Origin: Candidatus Bathyarchaeota archaeon
GTDB lineage: Archaea > Thermoproteota > Bathyarchaeia > Bathyarchaeales > Bathycorpusculaceae
Assembly (NCBI GenBank): GCA_963828195.1
Contig: CAWHDT010000005.1
Span: 544,001 to 608,000, forward strand
Direction: 5' to 3'
Length of the DNA stretch: 64,000 nt
Shown here one piece after another: positions 1 through 8,315 of the stretch; within the stretch, counting starts at the first letter, position 1, and each line of letters begins with the position of its first letter. Both the position numbers and the translations under genes were made by a program. The notes under the pieces were generated by a model. The model saw only the letters and a program-made list of their open reading frames with translations. It had not been told where the DNA came from and searched no databases.

Positions 1-1117
1 GCTCTGTTTCGCCCATCCAAGTAAACCCCAACTCCAACTTCGAAAAAAGGGGCAAAGTTGCCGACAAAACTATACACGGATATCGGAATAAAAAACCATA
101 AAGTTCCAATAAGCTGTGAACCCGAAAAAATCAGGTATAAACCAGTAATCATAGAAAGTAACGCAATAATAGGCATGAAATAAACATTTAACAATAATAA
201 AGCGTCGATTTTCTCTTTAGCATTCAAGTTTTTGCTTATAATTACGTTCCATGTGTGTTTAAAGAAGCATTGCATATGCCCTTTTGCCCATCGGTACCGT
301 TGTTGGCGATAAGCTTTCCAGTTATCAACGGCTTCCTCATAGCATTCCGCATCAATAGTATATTGAATTCGGTATCCTGCGAGGTAAATACGAAAAGTTA
401 AATCGGTGTCTTCCGCCAAAACTGCCTCATCCCAACCGCCCAGGCTTTTTAGCAAACTACTTCTGAACCCACCTACTGTCCCGCCAAACTGGGTAATTAA
501 GCCTAAATTGTTTCTTGCTTCTTGATCAACGCGATATCCGCCTATTCGCTCCAGCGACACTAACCGTGTAATTAAGTTTTCAGGTTCATTTAAGACAACA
601 ACTCTTCCCTGTCAGCGCCAACGGTTGGATCAATGAAGGGTCCAGCAAGTTTCTCGATTATATCTTTTTGAGGATAATAGTCCGCATCGAAGCAAAGCAC
701 TATTTCGCCAGTTGATTTGCTGAAGCCATCGTTCATAGCTGAAGATTTTCCTTTGCCGCCGTTGACTTTGTCTCGATTCAGAACTTCGATGAACGGGTAC
801 TTATTTTTGTAATCTTCTGCTATCGCTCCGGTTTGATCCGACGAAGCATCATTGATGGTTATCACTTGTAGTTTGGATTTTGGGTAAGTTAACTCAGTGA
901 TTCGTTGGAGTAATCGTCCAATAACCTTCTCCTCGTTATGTGCTGGAATAAGAATTGTAACTGTAGGTTCAAAGAGGGAAGCCTCAGTAGCTACGGATTT
1001 TTTGCTTCTGTTGGCCCCCCGTAACGCGGTAATGGTAAAGATGTAGTGTCTAACAAGGTAAGCAATCATTATTGCGGTTAAAAACAAGAAAAAGATTTCT
1101 AAGACTTCAGAAATCAA
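1..1117 (-). pseudogene. Family 2 glycosyltransferase (CesA/IcaA-like), frameshifted, runs off the window edge
   Basis: ORF 590-1117 has IPAHNEE, DASSD, GKSSAMN and FDADY. An apparent 1-nt deletion near 612-613 (GCT GA CAG instead of GCT GTA CAG) shifts the frame. The other frame continues QGRVVVLNEP...GGWDEAVLAEDTDL...QQRYRWAKG (QxxRW) to position 1. Could be a sequencing error. Confidence 0.85.
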
Positions 1118-1120
1118 AAT

Positions 1121-1498
1121 CTAAGCTCCTGTTTTCGCGCTCTCGTGGTGGAGAATCGTTAGGCTTAGAGACCAAAAAGCCACAATCCAAAGTGAACTTA
1201 GAAAAGGGAAAAAAACCGTAAAAAGGAGATTGAAGATTTTACCGAAAAAAAAGGTACCTGTTGTGGCAAATGAGTAAAAAATAAAGTTCCAGCAGACACC
1301 TATCATGTTGCCTGACGCTAGAAGGAATAGTTTTCGGCTTAAACCACCGTTCAACTGGAAGGCTAGTGAAATAAAAAGGACATTGAAAATTAATAACATG
1401 ACTGTGGATTGGATGTTAATTAGTCGCAATGAAGCGATGAAACACACGATTATTACAGCTGCAAATGGAAAAATAACAAGGCAATTTAACATTTTCAC
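1121..1498 (-). CDS. Hypothetical multi-pass membrane protein upstream of the glycosyltransferase
   Basis: 125 aa, 3-4 hydrophobic segments, stop 3 nt before the GT start. Confidence 0.65.
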   Translation of the reverse strand: MKMLNCLVIFPFAAVIIVCFIASLRLINIQSTVMLLIFNVLFISLAFQLNGGLSRKLFLLASGNMIGVCWNFIFYSFATTGTFFFGKIFNLLFTVFFPFLSSLWIVAFWSLSLTILHHESAKTGA

Positions 1499-1548
1499 TT
1501 ATTTCCCGCCCCTCTTGCTCGAACCGTTTTTCCCCAAGGGGACTATTC

Positions 1549-1556
1549 TGTTTTTT
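1549..1556. repeat. Left 8-bp target-site duplication TGTTTTTT
   Basis: Identical 8-mer lies immediately outside both element ends (1549-1556 and 7608-7615); 8 bp is the TSD length typical of IS6. Confidence 0.8.
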
Positions 1557-1607
1557 GGTTCTGTTACTTCTTCGTCTGTTGCTTCTCCATGTTACTTTTC
1601 GTCTGTT
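1557..1607 (+). repeat. Left terminal inverted repeat
   Basis: ggttctgttacttcttcgtctgttgcttctccatgttacttttcgtctgtt; aligns with gaps to the reverse complement of 7547-7607. Confidence 0.85.
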
Positions 1608-2227
1608 TTTTTGTCAATACTAAAAGCTGTTAGATTCTCGTAAAAACTGTCATCTCTGAGGTAAGCATTCAGCAAACGTAAGTGTCTTGCATACATAAAG
1701 AAAGAAATTACAGTAATCCTTGTTAGAGCCTTGTACTTCCTTGCTGTTGTTGGATAAGTGGTTTCCGAGAACGGAAGGCACCTATCAAATACGCATTCAA
1801 ATTTGTTAATTAGCTCAGGTTTGAGGTCGTGAAAAGTTGTTATATTTAAATTATGGGCAAATTCGTTCCTTATCTTTCTTATAATATGGGCTGCCTCAAA
1901 GTATCTTTTAGGAGAGAACCGCAACGCCATGGCAATGTCTATTTTAAGCGAAAATGTGAACGCCTTATTGTCAGAAAGCTCCTTGTTGTAATTAGGCATG
2001 ATTTCTGAAAGGTAGTTGTCCACGGTACTTTCAACTAGCAAGTCCGCAACTAAAGCAAGAAGTCTATCATCTCCATAGTCTCCAACTTTGTTAATGTATT
2101 CTTGTACTTTCGATAGATAACTTTCAAAGTCAATCGAGTCTTTGAAAAGAGTGCCTATCTGTTTGTAAAAAACAGCTTCTTTTTTGTCGCAAGCAAGCGC
2201 TAATGCTTCCATTTTTTCTTTTTCCAT
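1592..2227 (-). CDS. HEPN-superfamily (MtlR/DUF4145-like) protein
   Basis: Helical protein with FTFSLKIDIA followed by the Rx4H motif IRNEFAH. Confidence 0.55.
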   Translation of the reverse strand: MEKEKMEALALACDKKEAVFYKQIGTLFKDSIDFESYLSKVQEYINKVGDYGDDRLLALVADLLVESTVDNYLSEIMPNYNKELSDNKAFTFSLKIDIAMALRFSPKRYFEAAHIIRKIRNEFAHNLNITTFHDLKPELINKFECVFDRCLPFSETTYPTTARKYKALTRITVISFFMYARHLRLLNAYLRDDSFYENLTAFSIDKKTDEK

Positions 2228-2276
2228 CGAATTTCACCTTTTTCTGACTTAATGTATTATTAATCAACCGTTATCT

Positions 2277-2330
2277 GGTTCTGTTACTTCTTAGGTTGAT
2301 GGGTTAAACGTTTTTCCCTGTTACTTTTCG
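2277..2330 (+). repeat. Internal third copy of the element end
   Basis: ggttctgttacttctt...ctgttacttttcg, same orientation and bipartite layout as the left TIR. Confidence 0.75.
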
Positions 2331-2339
2331 GTTGATGGA

Positions 2340-2432
2340 GTCGGAAGAGCAGTCTGGCTTCGGGGATGGGTGAATTTCGGAAGACTGTTCGGGCATCGGG
2401 GAGATTTCGGAAGAGGAATCGGGCTCTGGGAA
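2340..2432. repeat. Three imperfect GC-rich tandem units (~30-36 bp)
   Basis: Recurring core tcggaaga...(t/c)gggc at about 2341, 2377 and 2407. Confidence 0.45.
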
Positions 2433-2446
2433 CTTCTGATGATACC

Positions 2447-3190
2447 CTAAAATTGTACTGCGCCTACGTCATGAAGTTTTTGAGTAATTTGGTAAACTGG
2501 ATAGATTTCCTGCATTATATTGTCAGTAGCCTGTCTGGTGAAAAGTCTCCCATCGGAGAAGAGATAATACGTTTTGTTTAGATATGTAATAGCCATGTAC
2601 TCCACAGTTCCGCCAATTGCGGGGTCTCTTATCATTTTGTCATATTCTACAGATTGGTCAACTGAAGAGCCTTTTAGCCAAATGTCAGCTATATGTGGGT
2701 CTCTTATGTCGGTTATTCTGACTTCGACGGTTTCACCAAATTCCTCAATTTTGTTAATTTCGTTTTCTTTTTCTTTAAGTGCAAAACGCAAATTTTTTAA
2801 AGGTTGGATAAATGGTTGGTTTGGAATACGTGTTACTTCACCCATTATCCGTGAAATCTTGTTTGCATCCCCACTACTTGCGAATATCCCTAAAATGTTA
2901 TTGATGGGTTCCCTGTAGAAAATGTATAGGAACTTTGGTCCTTCGGTGTATTTTATGGGTTCAAGTTTTATTTCTAAGGTTTCTTCATTCATTTTCCTTA
3001 AGTATGTGGTATCATCATAATAGATTTCTACTAACTTTCCAAATGAAGTACCAAATTCTTCAATACTTTTTTGTTCTGCTGTTTTGACGTAAAGCTTAAA
3101 GTCATCATGAACGGGGTATGTTCCCCTTTTTGAGAGAACTACGTAAACATCGGGTTTTTGTGGCTTAAATAACGAACATGAAAGAAACAT
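2447..3190 (-). CDS. Hypothetical protein (transposon cargo)
   Basis: 247-aa ORF, 4 nt downstream of 3195-3851. Confidence 0.7.
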   Translation of the reverse strand: MFLSCSLFKPQKPDVYVVLSKRGTYPVHDDFKLYVKTAEQKSIEEFGTSFGKLVEIYYDDTTYLRKMNEETLEIKLEPIKYTEGPKFLYIFYREPINNILGIFASSGDANKISRIMGEVTRIPNQPFIQPLKNLRFALKEKENEINKIEEFGETVEVRITDIRDPHIADIWLKGSSVDQSVEYDKMIRDPAIGGTVEYMAITYLNKTYYLFSDGRLFTRQATDNIMQEIYPVYQITQKLHDVGAVQF

Positions 3191-3194
3191 TTGC

Positions 3195-3851
3195 TCACCA
3201 TAATGTTCTAATGAAGTTTAACAGTTTTTCTATTTTTGTGTAGGTTATCGTGACTTTATTTCTAGACGCATATATTCTCAGACTATCATCCATAATTGAT
3301 TTTGACATGCCTTTGAGAAAATCGCTGTCCTCAGTTCCAAGGATTAAATGTTTAACAACCATGTTTAATGGTATTTTCTTTTCCCCTCTCAAATCTGATT
3401 CAAGTTTTGTTACGAAATCATCATAACACTTGACAAAGTTTTCTAAGTCTTGAGGCGTCATTTCTTCTTGCAAAGGGTAAATAAAGAGTCGTATTTGGTC
3501 AATTAAGGTGTACTCTGACATTATTTCTTCGTTCAAAGTCTCATTACTACTTTCAACCCCAGAATAAAACGGAACAATCGGTTTCATGTTCGGACTAACA
3601 AAATAGTTAACGGTTAATCCATTAATATTGAGCTTGTTCTTAGCTATTTTTGACTCTGCGATTTTCTTAACAAAAAAACCATTATAGTCCTCAAGAGATA
3701 TCGAACCATAAAGCGTGAAAACTGTGCTTAATGAAAGTTGTATTTTCACCGTTTTCTTTAATAAACGTCCTTTGACCAAACTTATCGTTGGTGGAACTAC
3801 TTCTTTAACTACTTCCTTAACTACTAGAACACCTAATTCTTTTTCTACCAA
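3195..3851 (-). CDS. Hypothetical protein (transposon cargo)
   Basis: 218-aa ORF, operon-like with 2447-3190. Confidence 0.7.
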   Translation of the reverse strand: MVEKELGVLVVKEVVKEVVPPTISLVKGRLLKKTVKIQLSLSTVFTLYGSISLEDYNGFFVKKIAESKIAKNKLNINGLTVNYFVSPNMKPIVPFYSGVESSNETLNEEIMSEYTLIDQIRLFIYPLQEEMTPQDLENFVKCYDDFVTKLESDLRGEKKIPLNMVVKHLILGTEDSDFLKGMSKSIMDDSLRIYASRNKVTITYTKIEKLLNFIRTLW

Positions 3852-4102
3852 TTTAACTTCATGATTATATTCGAGAAAGATACATAAATATTTATTTGAC
3901 TTGGATTTGTCAGTTTTACATTAAGTTTTCTAGCCATAGTGCTATAGTACATAGCTTGAATTTTGTTTTTCTATTAGGAAAACTTTTATAAGCAAACTCA
4001 TCTTCTATAGCATTTGAATCCTATGATGAACTAATAAAAAACTAAACTCATTGGTAAGATTACTCAGAACTTATATACTTCCATCGCTCACAATACAGTT
4101 CA

Positions 4103-4396
4103 TTGAGGGGTTCAAAGTTGCCTTCTCTATCAGGAAAAAACACACCTTGGTGGTTTACGCCGACAAGATGGGATATCATTGCTATCGATAAGGTTTATAG
4201 AAAAATGCCATATCTTGAGGTTCAACGGGTCATGTATACGCTGACGCAAGCACAGTATCCAACAAGACCTAAAAACGCAAAAGACACGTGGCTTGAACCA
4301 GTTAACTTTGCAGGGATTTCTTATTTTCTGAGTTGTCGTATTGATGAGGATAACAAGAAAATTATAGTAACCAATATTAGAAAGCGTAAAAAATAA
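4103..4396 (+). CDS. Small basic protein, putative RelE/MqsR-like toxin
   Basis: 97 aa, basic, C-terminal beta-strands (YFLSCRIDEDNKKIIVTNIRKR), directly upstream of a Panacea-like gene. Confidence 0.4.
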   Translation: MRGSKLPSLSGKNTPWWFTPTRWDIIAIDKVYRKMPYLEVQRVMYTLTQAQYPTRPKNAKDTWLEPVNFAGISYFLSCRIDEDNKKIIVTNIRKRKK

Positions 4397-4401
4397 AAAA
4401 G

Positions 4402-5049
4402 GTGGAAAAATTGGAAAAGTGGATTGAAACTGAAACTAACATTGAAACAGTAAATTGGAAAGGCGAACCTCTACAAATCACAAAGGTTAAGGCTTTCAAA
4501 AACCCAAAAACTGGCGAAGTGATGGTTTATCCTGAAGAAGTTGCTAAGGCTGAAATTAGGCAGATAGCAGAAGACTTAGATATTTGTCCTAGAGATGTTG
4601 GAACGCTACTAATGCTACTAGCTCAACCTAGAAACTTCAATAAAGGGGATGTATTTTACAAATATCATTTGCAGAAAATGATGTTCTATCTGTGGAAATC
4701 ACTTGAGCAAATATACGATGACTCGCTACTATTGGACAAGTTTATTGGTGCAGAAAACGGGCCAGTTCCAGAGAAACTTAATGATGATTTAGAGCGTTTT
4801 CAGAAATCAAGCTTTGTTAAGGTCAAAAACGAAAAATGTGAACAAGGGGTTTCAAAAAGAATCCTGTTAACTGAAGAGGGAACAAAAGTTGCTGAGGAAG
4901 TTTGGCGTAGGTTACCCGACCCGTACAAAGAAATAGCTCTGCAAGTCAAAGAAATGATTTATGCCAAGAGTCCAGAAGAAGTTCGCCATAAAGTCCATAA
5001 CGAGTTTCCAGAATACAAGGATACCTATATCAAAAATGATATAGAGTAA
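4402..5049 (+). CDS. SocA/Panacea (DUF4065)-like antitoxin with degenerate YgiT/MqsA-like N-terminus
   Basis: KYHLQKMMFYL and FIGAENGPVP resemble the SocA/Panacea LQKxxY and A-x-x-GPV motifs. Confidence 0.55.
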   Translation: MEKLEKWIETETNIETVNWKGEPLQITKVKAFKNPKTGEVMVYPEEVAKAEIRQIAEDLDICPRDVGTLLMLLAQPRNFNKGDVFYKYHLQKMMFYLWKSLEQIYDDSLLLDKFIGAENGPVPEKLNDDLERFQKSSFVKVKNEKCEQGVSKRILLTEEGTKVAEEVWRRLPDPYKEIALQVKEMIYAKSPEEVRHKVHNEFPEYKDTYIKNDIE

Positions 5050-5102
5050 GCCTCAATTTCTTTCAATCTTTTTATTTTGCAAATTGGAAATAAGACGAGA
5101 GG

Positions 5103-6488
5103 CTAAATTATGCCAAAGTGCCTTAAAGCTTCTTCAACTAAAGCAACTTTGTTTCTTGGACACGGATTAGCTCTTTTCGCACCTTTCCGCTCAGATTGAC
5201 CTCTAACGAGGTTAATGTTGTGTGCTTCTTTTACTTGTGCAATCCAGCTTGGATGAGGCACAAACCCATAAGTCTCTTCGATGTGGTGTTGGATTTCTCT
5301 GTAAGTTGCCTTAATTCCTTGCGATGGATAACTTGGCTTTTTATCTATTTTGCATGAATCAAGTTTACGCTTAAAGTTTTCCTGTTCCTGTTTTTCTTCG
5401 CTTGCATTCTGAATTAGAGTAAGCCATTTGTTTTCTCCCTCAATCGTGATTCCGCAAGCCTCGGCAGGTGTCTTACCTTTCAACGCTTCATGTGGTCGGA
5501 TGTAATTGTGGAAAAGCTGATAACCCTGAAGAATTGGGGTTTCGTTAATCTTTAATCCTCTCATCGTCTTTTCTCTATCTCGAATTTCTCCATTCATGCG
5601 CTCCATTTTGTTATTGTGGATTGAGCCTTTGAGTGTGATATCTTTTACATGTATGGCTTCTGGAAAAACGTCTTTAGCGATAACTGCATAGGTCGGTAAT
5701 CCATCAGTTATGAAGATTTTTGGCTGTTTCTCCATTAACTCTTTTGCTTGATAGAAAAGTTTGCGTGCGTCATGCTTGTCTTTTGACTCTGCCACTTCTT
5801 GAGCAATCCAAAATCTTGTTTGGTCGTCCATCATGGCAAACAAATATTTCATGTTGCCGTTAATTTTGACATATACCTCGTCTGCTCTCCAAGTGTCACT
5901 TACATTCGGAACTATCTTTTCGGCATATTCTTTCATTAAGCCTATGTACTTTTTTATCCACATGAAAACCGTTTTGTGAGAAACCTTAACACCTAAAAGC
6001 TGTAAGGATTCTTGAGTGTTTCTTAGGCTTTCACCGCTAAAGTAAAGTTGCATCGCTGTCGTGACCGCTTGGGGATTGTGTTTCATTTTTTCAAAGCCGA
6101 TGTTTATGGTGAAGTATTTGTGGCAGTTTCGGCAGTGGAATTTCTGGATTGTTCCGCTTTTGTTTTTTCTCACACCGTCTTTTTTGAGGTTGCTTGAACC
6201 GCAAAATTGGCAGTTGCTAACGTTCACTTCTTCTATAACTCGGTTAGTTTGCACTTCTTTTCTTAATTGGCTGGCGAAATCAACCGCAAAAATATGTTTA
6301 CAAATTAAGTGTCTGTATGTGTTATCGGGGCATGAGCAAACCCATTCATTTCCACGTTTGCTTACGGTGTATTCGCCATTGTGAGACTGAGATTTCACGG
6401 TGTAAGTGCAATCATCTAATCTTTTGATTTGACCGTTTGATTGTGCGATTGCTTGACCCCGTTCTTCCCGAGTTGTTATGGTTGCCAT
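5103..6488 (-). CDS. IS6-family DDE transposase with N-terminal SWIM finger and Zn ribbon
   Basis: SWIM CSCPD...CKH; CQFC...CRNC ribbon; HTH SLRNTQE...VSHKTVFMWI; DDE core WRADEVY, ITDG, NNKMERMN, HNYIRPH. Confidence 0.92.
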   Translation of the reverse strand: MATITTREERGQAIAQSNGQIKRLDDCTYTVKSQSHNGEYTVSKRGNEWVCSCPDNTYRHLICKHIFAVDFASQLRKEVQTNRVIEEVNVSNCQFCGSSNLKKDGVRKNKSGTIQKFHCRNCHKYFTINIGFEKMKHNPQAVTTAMQLYFSGESLRNTQESLQLLGVKVSHKTVFMWIKKYIGLMKEYAEKIVPNVSDTWRADEVYVKINGNMKYLFAMMDDQTRFWIAQEVAESKDKHDARKLFYQAKELMEKQPKIFITDGLPTYAVIAKDVFPEAIHVKDITLKGSIHNNKMERMNGEIRDREKTMRGLKINETPILQGYQLFHNYIRPHEALKGKTPAEACGITIEGENKWLTLIQNASEEKQEQENFKRKLDSCKIDKKPSYPSQGIKATYREIQHHIEETYGFVPHPSWIAQVKEAHNINLVRGQSERKGAKRANPCPRNKVALVEEALRHFGII

Positions 6489-6596
6489 TTTAATCTACCT
6501 ATGAGGAGATAGGCGTGAAGGAATATAAATGTATTGGTAATCATAACGATAATTATAAATACACCTTATAGGTAGATATGTATTCGGTGTATGTAA

Positions 6597-6764
6597 ATGA
6601 GCTTAAAAAGCACAGTTGGAATAGCGAAAACAGGTTCGCCTTCGCTAAGAGCAACAGTACCCGAAGGGATTGTCGCTTTTCTTGACCTAAAAGAATCTGA
6701 CAAACTTGAGTGGAAAATGGAAATAATAAATGGGGAACGAGTCGCCATAGTCAAAAAGTTGTAG
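6597..6764 (+). CDS. AbrB/MazE/SpoVT-family DNA-binding protein (55 aa, not in ORF track)
   Basis: MSLKSTVGIAKTGSPSLRATVPEGIVAFLDLKESDKLEW; divergent from the transposase. Confidence 0.8.
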   Translation: MSLKSTVGIAKTGSPSLRATVPEGIVAFLDLKESDKLEWKMEIINGERVAIVKKL

Positions 6765-6775
6765 GTGAGTGATTT

Positions 6776-7327
6776 ATGGAGAACAAAGGCAGCGTGATAG
6801 CTAAAGCTGAGGAATTTGTAAAACGACTTCATGATAAGGACATTGAGATAAATCTAGAAGCGCAAAACTTCTTTCTGAGCAAGACAGAGAAAAAGACTTT
6901 TGGCGAATCACAGACAAGGTCAATGTCACTAGCTGCGTTAATCGCCGAATCTATGTTCCTCTTTCAAGAAGCTAAAGACTTAGAGTTAGCAATTAACGAA
7001 CTTTATAAAGAAGTGAATAAAAATTCGCTGTTAGAGAATCAGGTTAATACTGCGGAGAAAATACATAGCGGCTCCAATCGACGTGTCAACGAATCGGCAA
7101 ATACTCTGTTTAGATACGTGGAAATTGCTTATTGTCATAATCTTATCGATGAAAAAGGTTTAACATGCAAGTTAAAGGTGCTTGAAGAAGAAAACGCTAA
7201 ATTGAGAGAGAAAAATGCAAATTTGCAAAAGCTCAACGATACATTAGCCAAACAAAATGATGATTTACAGAAATATTTCCCTGATAGCCATAAAAGAAAT
7301 GGTGAAATTGGAGATGTGACCACTTGA
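6776..7327 (+). CDS. Hypothetical coiled-coil protein
   Basis: 183 aa, heptad-rich C-terminus, SD-like GGTGA upstream. Confidence 0.65.
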   Translation: MENKGSVIAKAEEFVKRLHDKDIEINLEAQNFFLSKTEKKTFGESQTRSMSLAALIAESMFLFQEAKDLELAINELYKEVNKNSLLENQVNTAEKIHSGSNRRVNESANTLFRYVEIAYCHNLIDEKGLTCKLKVLEEENAKLREKNANLQKLNDTLAKQNDDLQKYFPDSHKRNGEIGDVTT

Positions 7328-7617
7328 TAGTTAAATGCTCTTTCTGTGGACAAATGTTTTCGGATAAAGACTTTGAGTTGCATAAATGCGACATATCACT
7401 TAAAAAATGCGAAATCATCGAAGTATCAGAGTTTTACGATGGTTCTTACAAGGATAAGAAGTTAATGAATGGCATGGGAATAAACGGTGTTCTTTACACG
7501 TTTGAGGTTGTGCCACGAAAACCAATTCCAATAATGATTCCACTGCAACAGACGAAAAGTAACAGATTTCACGGAGACGAAGAAACAGACGGAGAGGTAA
7601 CAGAACCTGTTTTTTAA
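7324..7617 (+). CDS. Small C2H-type zinc-finger protein reading out through the right TIR
   Basis: CSFCGQMF...FELHKC; C-terminus is encoded by the TIR. Confidence 0.6.
   Translation: MIVKCSFCGQMFSDKDFELHKCDISLKKCEIIEVSEFYDGSYKDKKLMNGMGINGVLYTFEVVPRKPIPIMIPLQQTKSNRFHGDEETDGEVTEPVF
7547..7607 (-). repeat. Right terminal inverted repeat
   Basis: Reverse complement ggttctgttacctctccgtctgtttcttcgtctccgtgaaatctgttacttttcgtctgtt. Confidence 0.85.
7608..7615. repeat. Right 8-bp target-site duplication TGTTTTTT
   Basis: Identical to 1549-1556. Confidence 0.8.
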
Positions 7618-7675
7618 AGCTTTAAGCAATCGGTAACATTCTTCTATAAGAAAGCTCTATTTAGCCTATTTAGTT

Positions 7676-8293
7676 CTATTTAGACAGTTCAGAAGCGGAG
7701 ATAACCACGTTCTCTATCACTCTACAGAGAACTTCAAAAACCTCTTCAGCATTCAAATTATCAGTATCTAAAACCAAATCAAACGGCGCAAAATCTTCAC
7801 CTAAATCAAAACCGTAAAGACTCTTGTAAATTGCTTTTGTTCTAGCTTCCTTTTCTTCCAGAACCCTGAAAGCTTCCTCAACAGTTATTTTATCGCGTAC
7901 AGCAACTCTCGCCGCTCTCTTCTCAAGCGAAGCCATCAACCAAATCTTAAAACCTTCCTGAAGCAGCCAAGGCATGGTCCAACTGTCCAAAAGAACATTC
8001 CCCTGCCGCGCATAGTCAAACAGCTTAGCATCCACAGCCTTGTCAAATTTTGAATCACTAACTCTTTCCTTAAGAAAAGTTAAGCCTTCAGGACTCTCCC
8101 ACCAGCCTTGGCGCGAAACGTTATAGCCTTCCGCCTCCGCCAATTCTTTAAGCGCATCGCCGCCCGAATAACATTTCAGATTATATTTTTGGGCAAGCTT
8201 TTTTGACAGCGTGCTCTTTCCGGTTCCAGCCATTCCTGAAATGCATATCACTATTTTTTTGCCAGCAAAACACAATTTTGCGTCTTTAGCCAT
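7676..8293 (-). CDS. cmk: Cytidylate kinase (archaeal type)
   Basis: P-loop ISGMAGTGKST, RAARVAVRD, YKSLYG, DLVLDTDNL; usual position after DUF106; start uncertain (ORF open to 8341). Confidence 0.9.
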   Translation of the reverse strand: MAKDAKLCFAGKKIVICISGMAGTGKSTLSKKLAQKYNLKCYSGGDALKELAEAEGYNVSRQGWWESPEGLTFLKERVSDSKFDKAVDAKLFDYARQGNVLLDSWTMPWLLQEGFKIWLMASLEKRAARVAVRDKITVEEAFRVLEEKEARTKAIYKSLYGFDLGEDFAPFDLVLDTDNLNAEEVFEVLCRVIENVVISASELSK

Positions 8294-8315
8294 TTTTGTA
8301 GCCCCAGTTTTCGCG

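Larger units (their letters stand above)
1557..7607. mobile_element. IS6-family cargo-carrying transposon (~6.05 kb)
   Basis: Ends GGTTCTGTTAC (1557) and GTAACAGAACC (7607) resemble IS257/IS26-type GG(T/C)xCTGTT ends. Imperfect inverted similarity extends ~50-60 bp, there is an 8-bp TSD, an internal DDE transposase and AT-rich cargo. Confidence 0.85.

Noticed and set aside
2340-2432. Mini CRISPR array
   Set aside because: Units are degenerate and nearly contiguous, with no unique spacers and no cas genes in the window.
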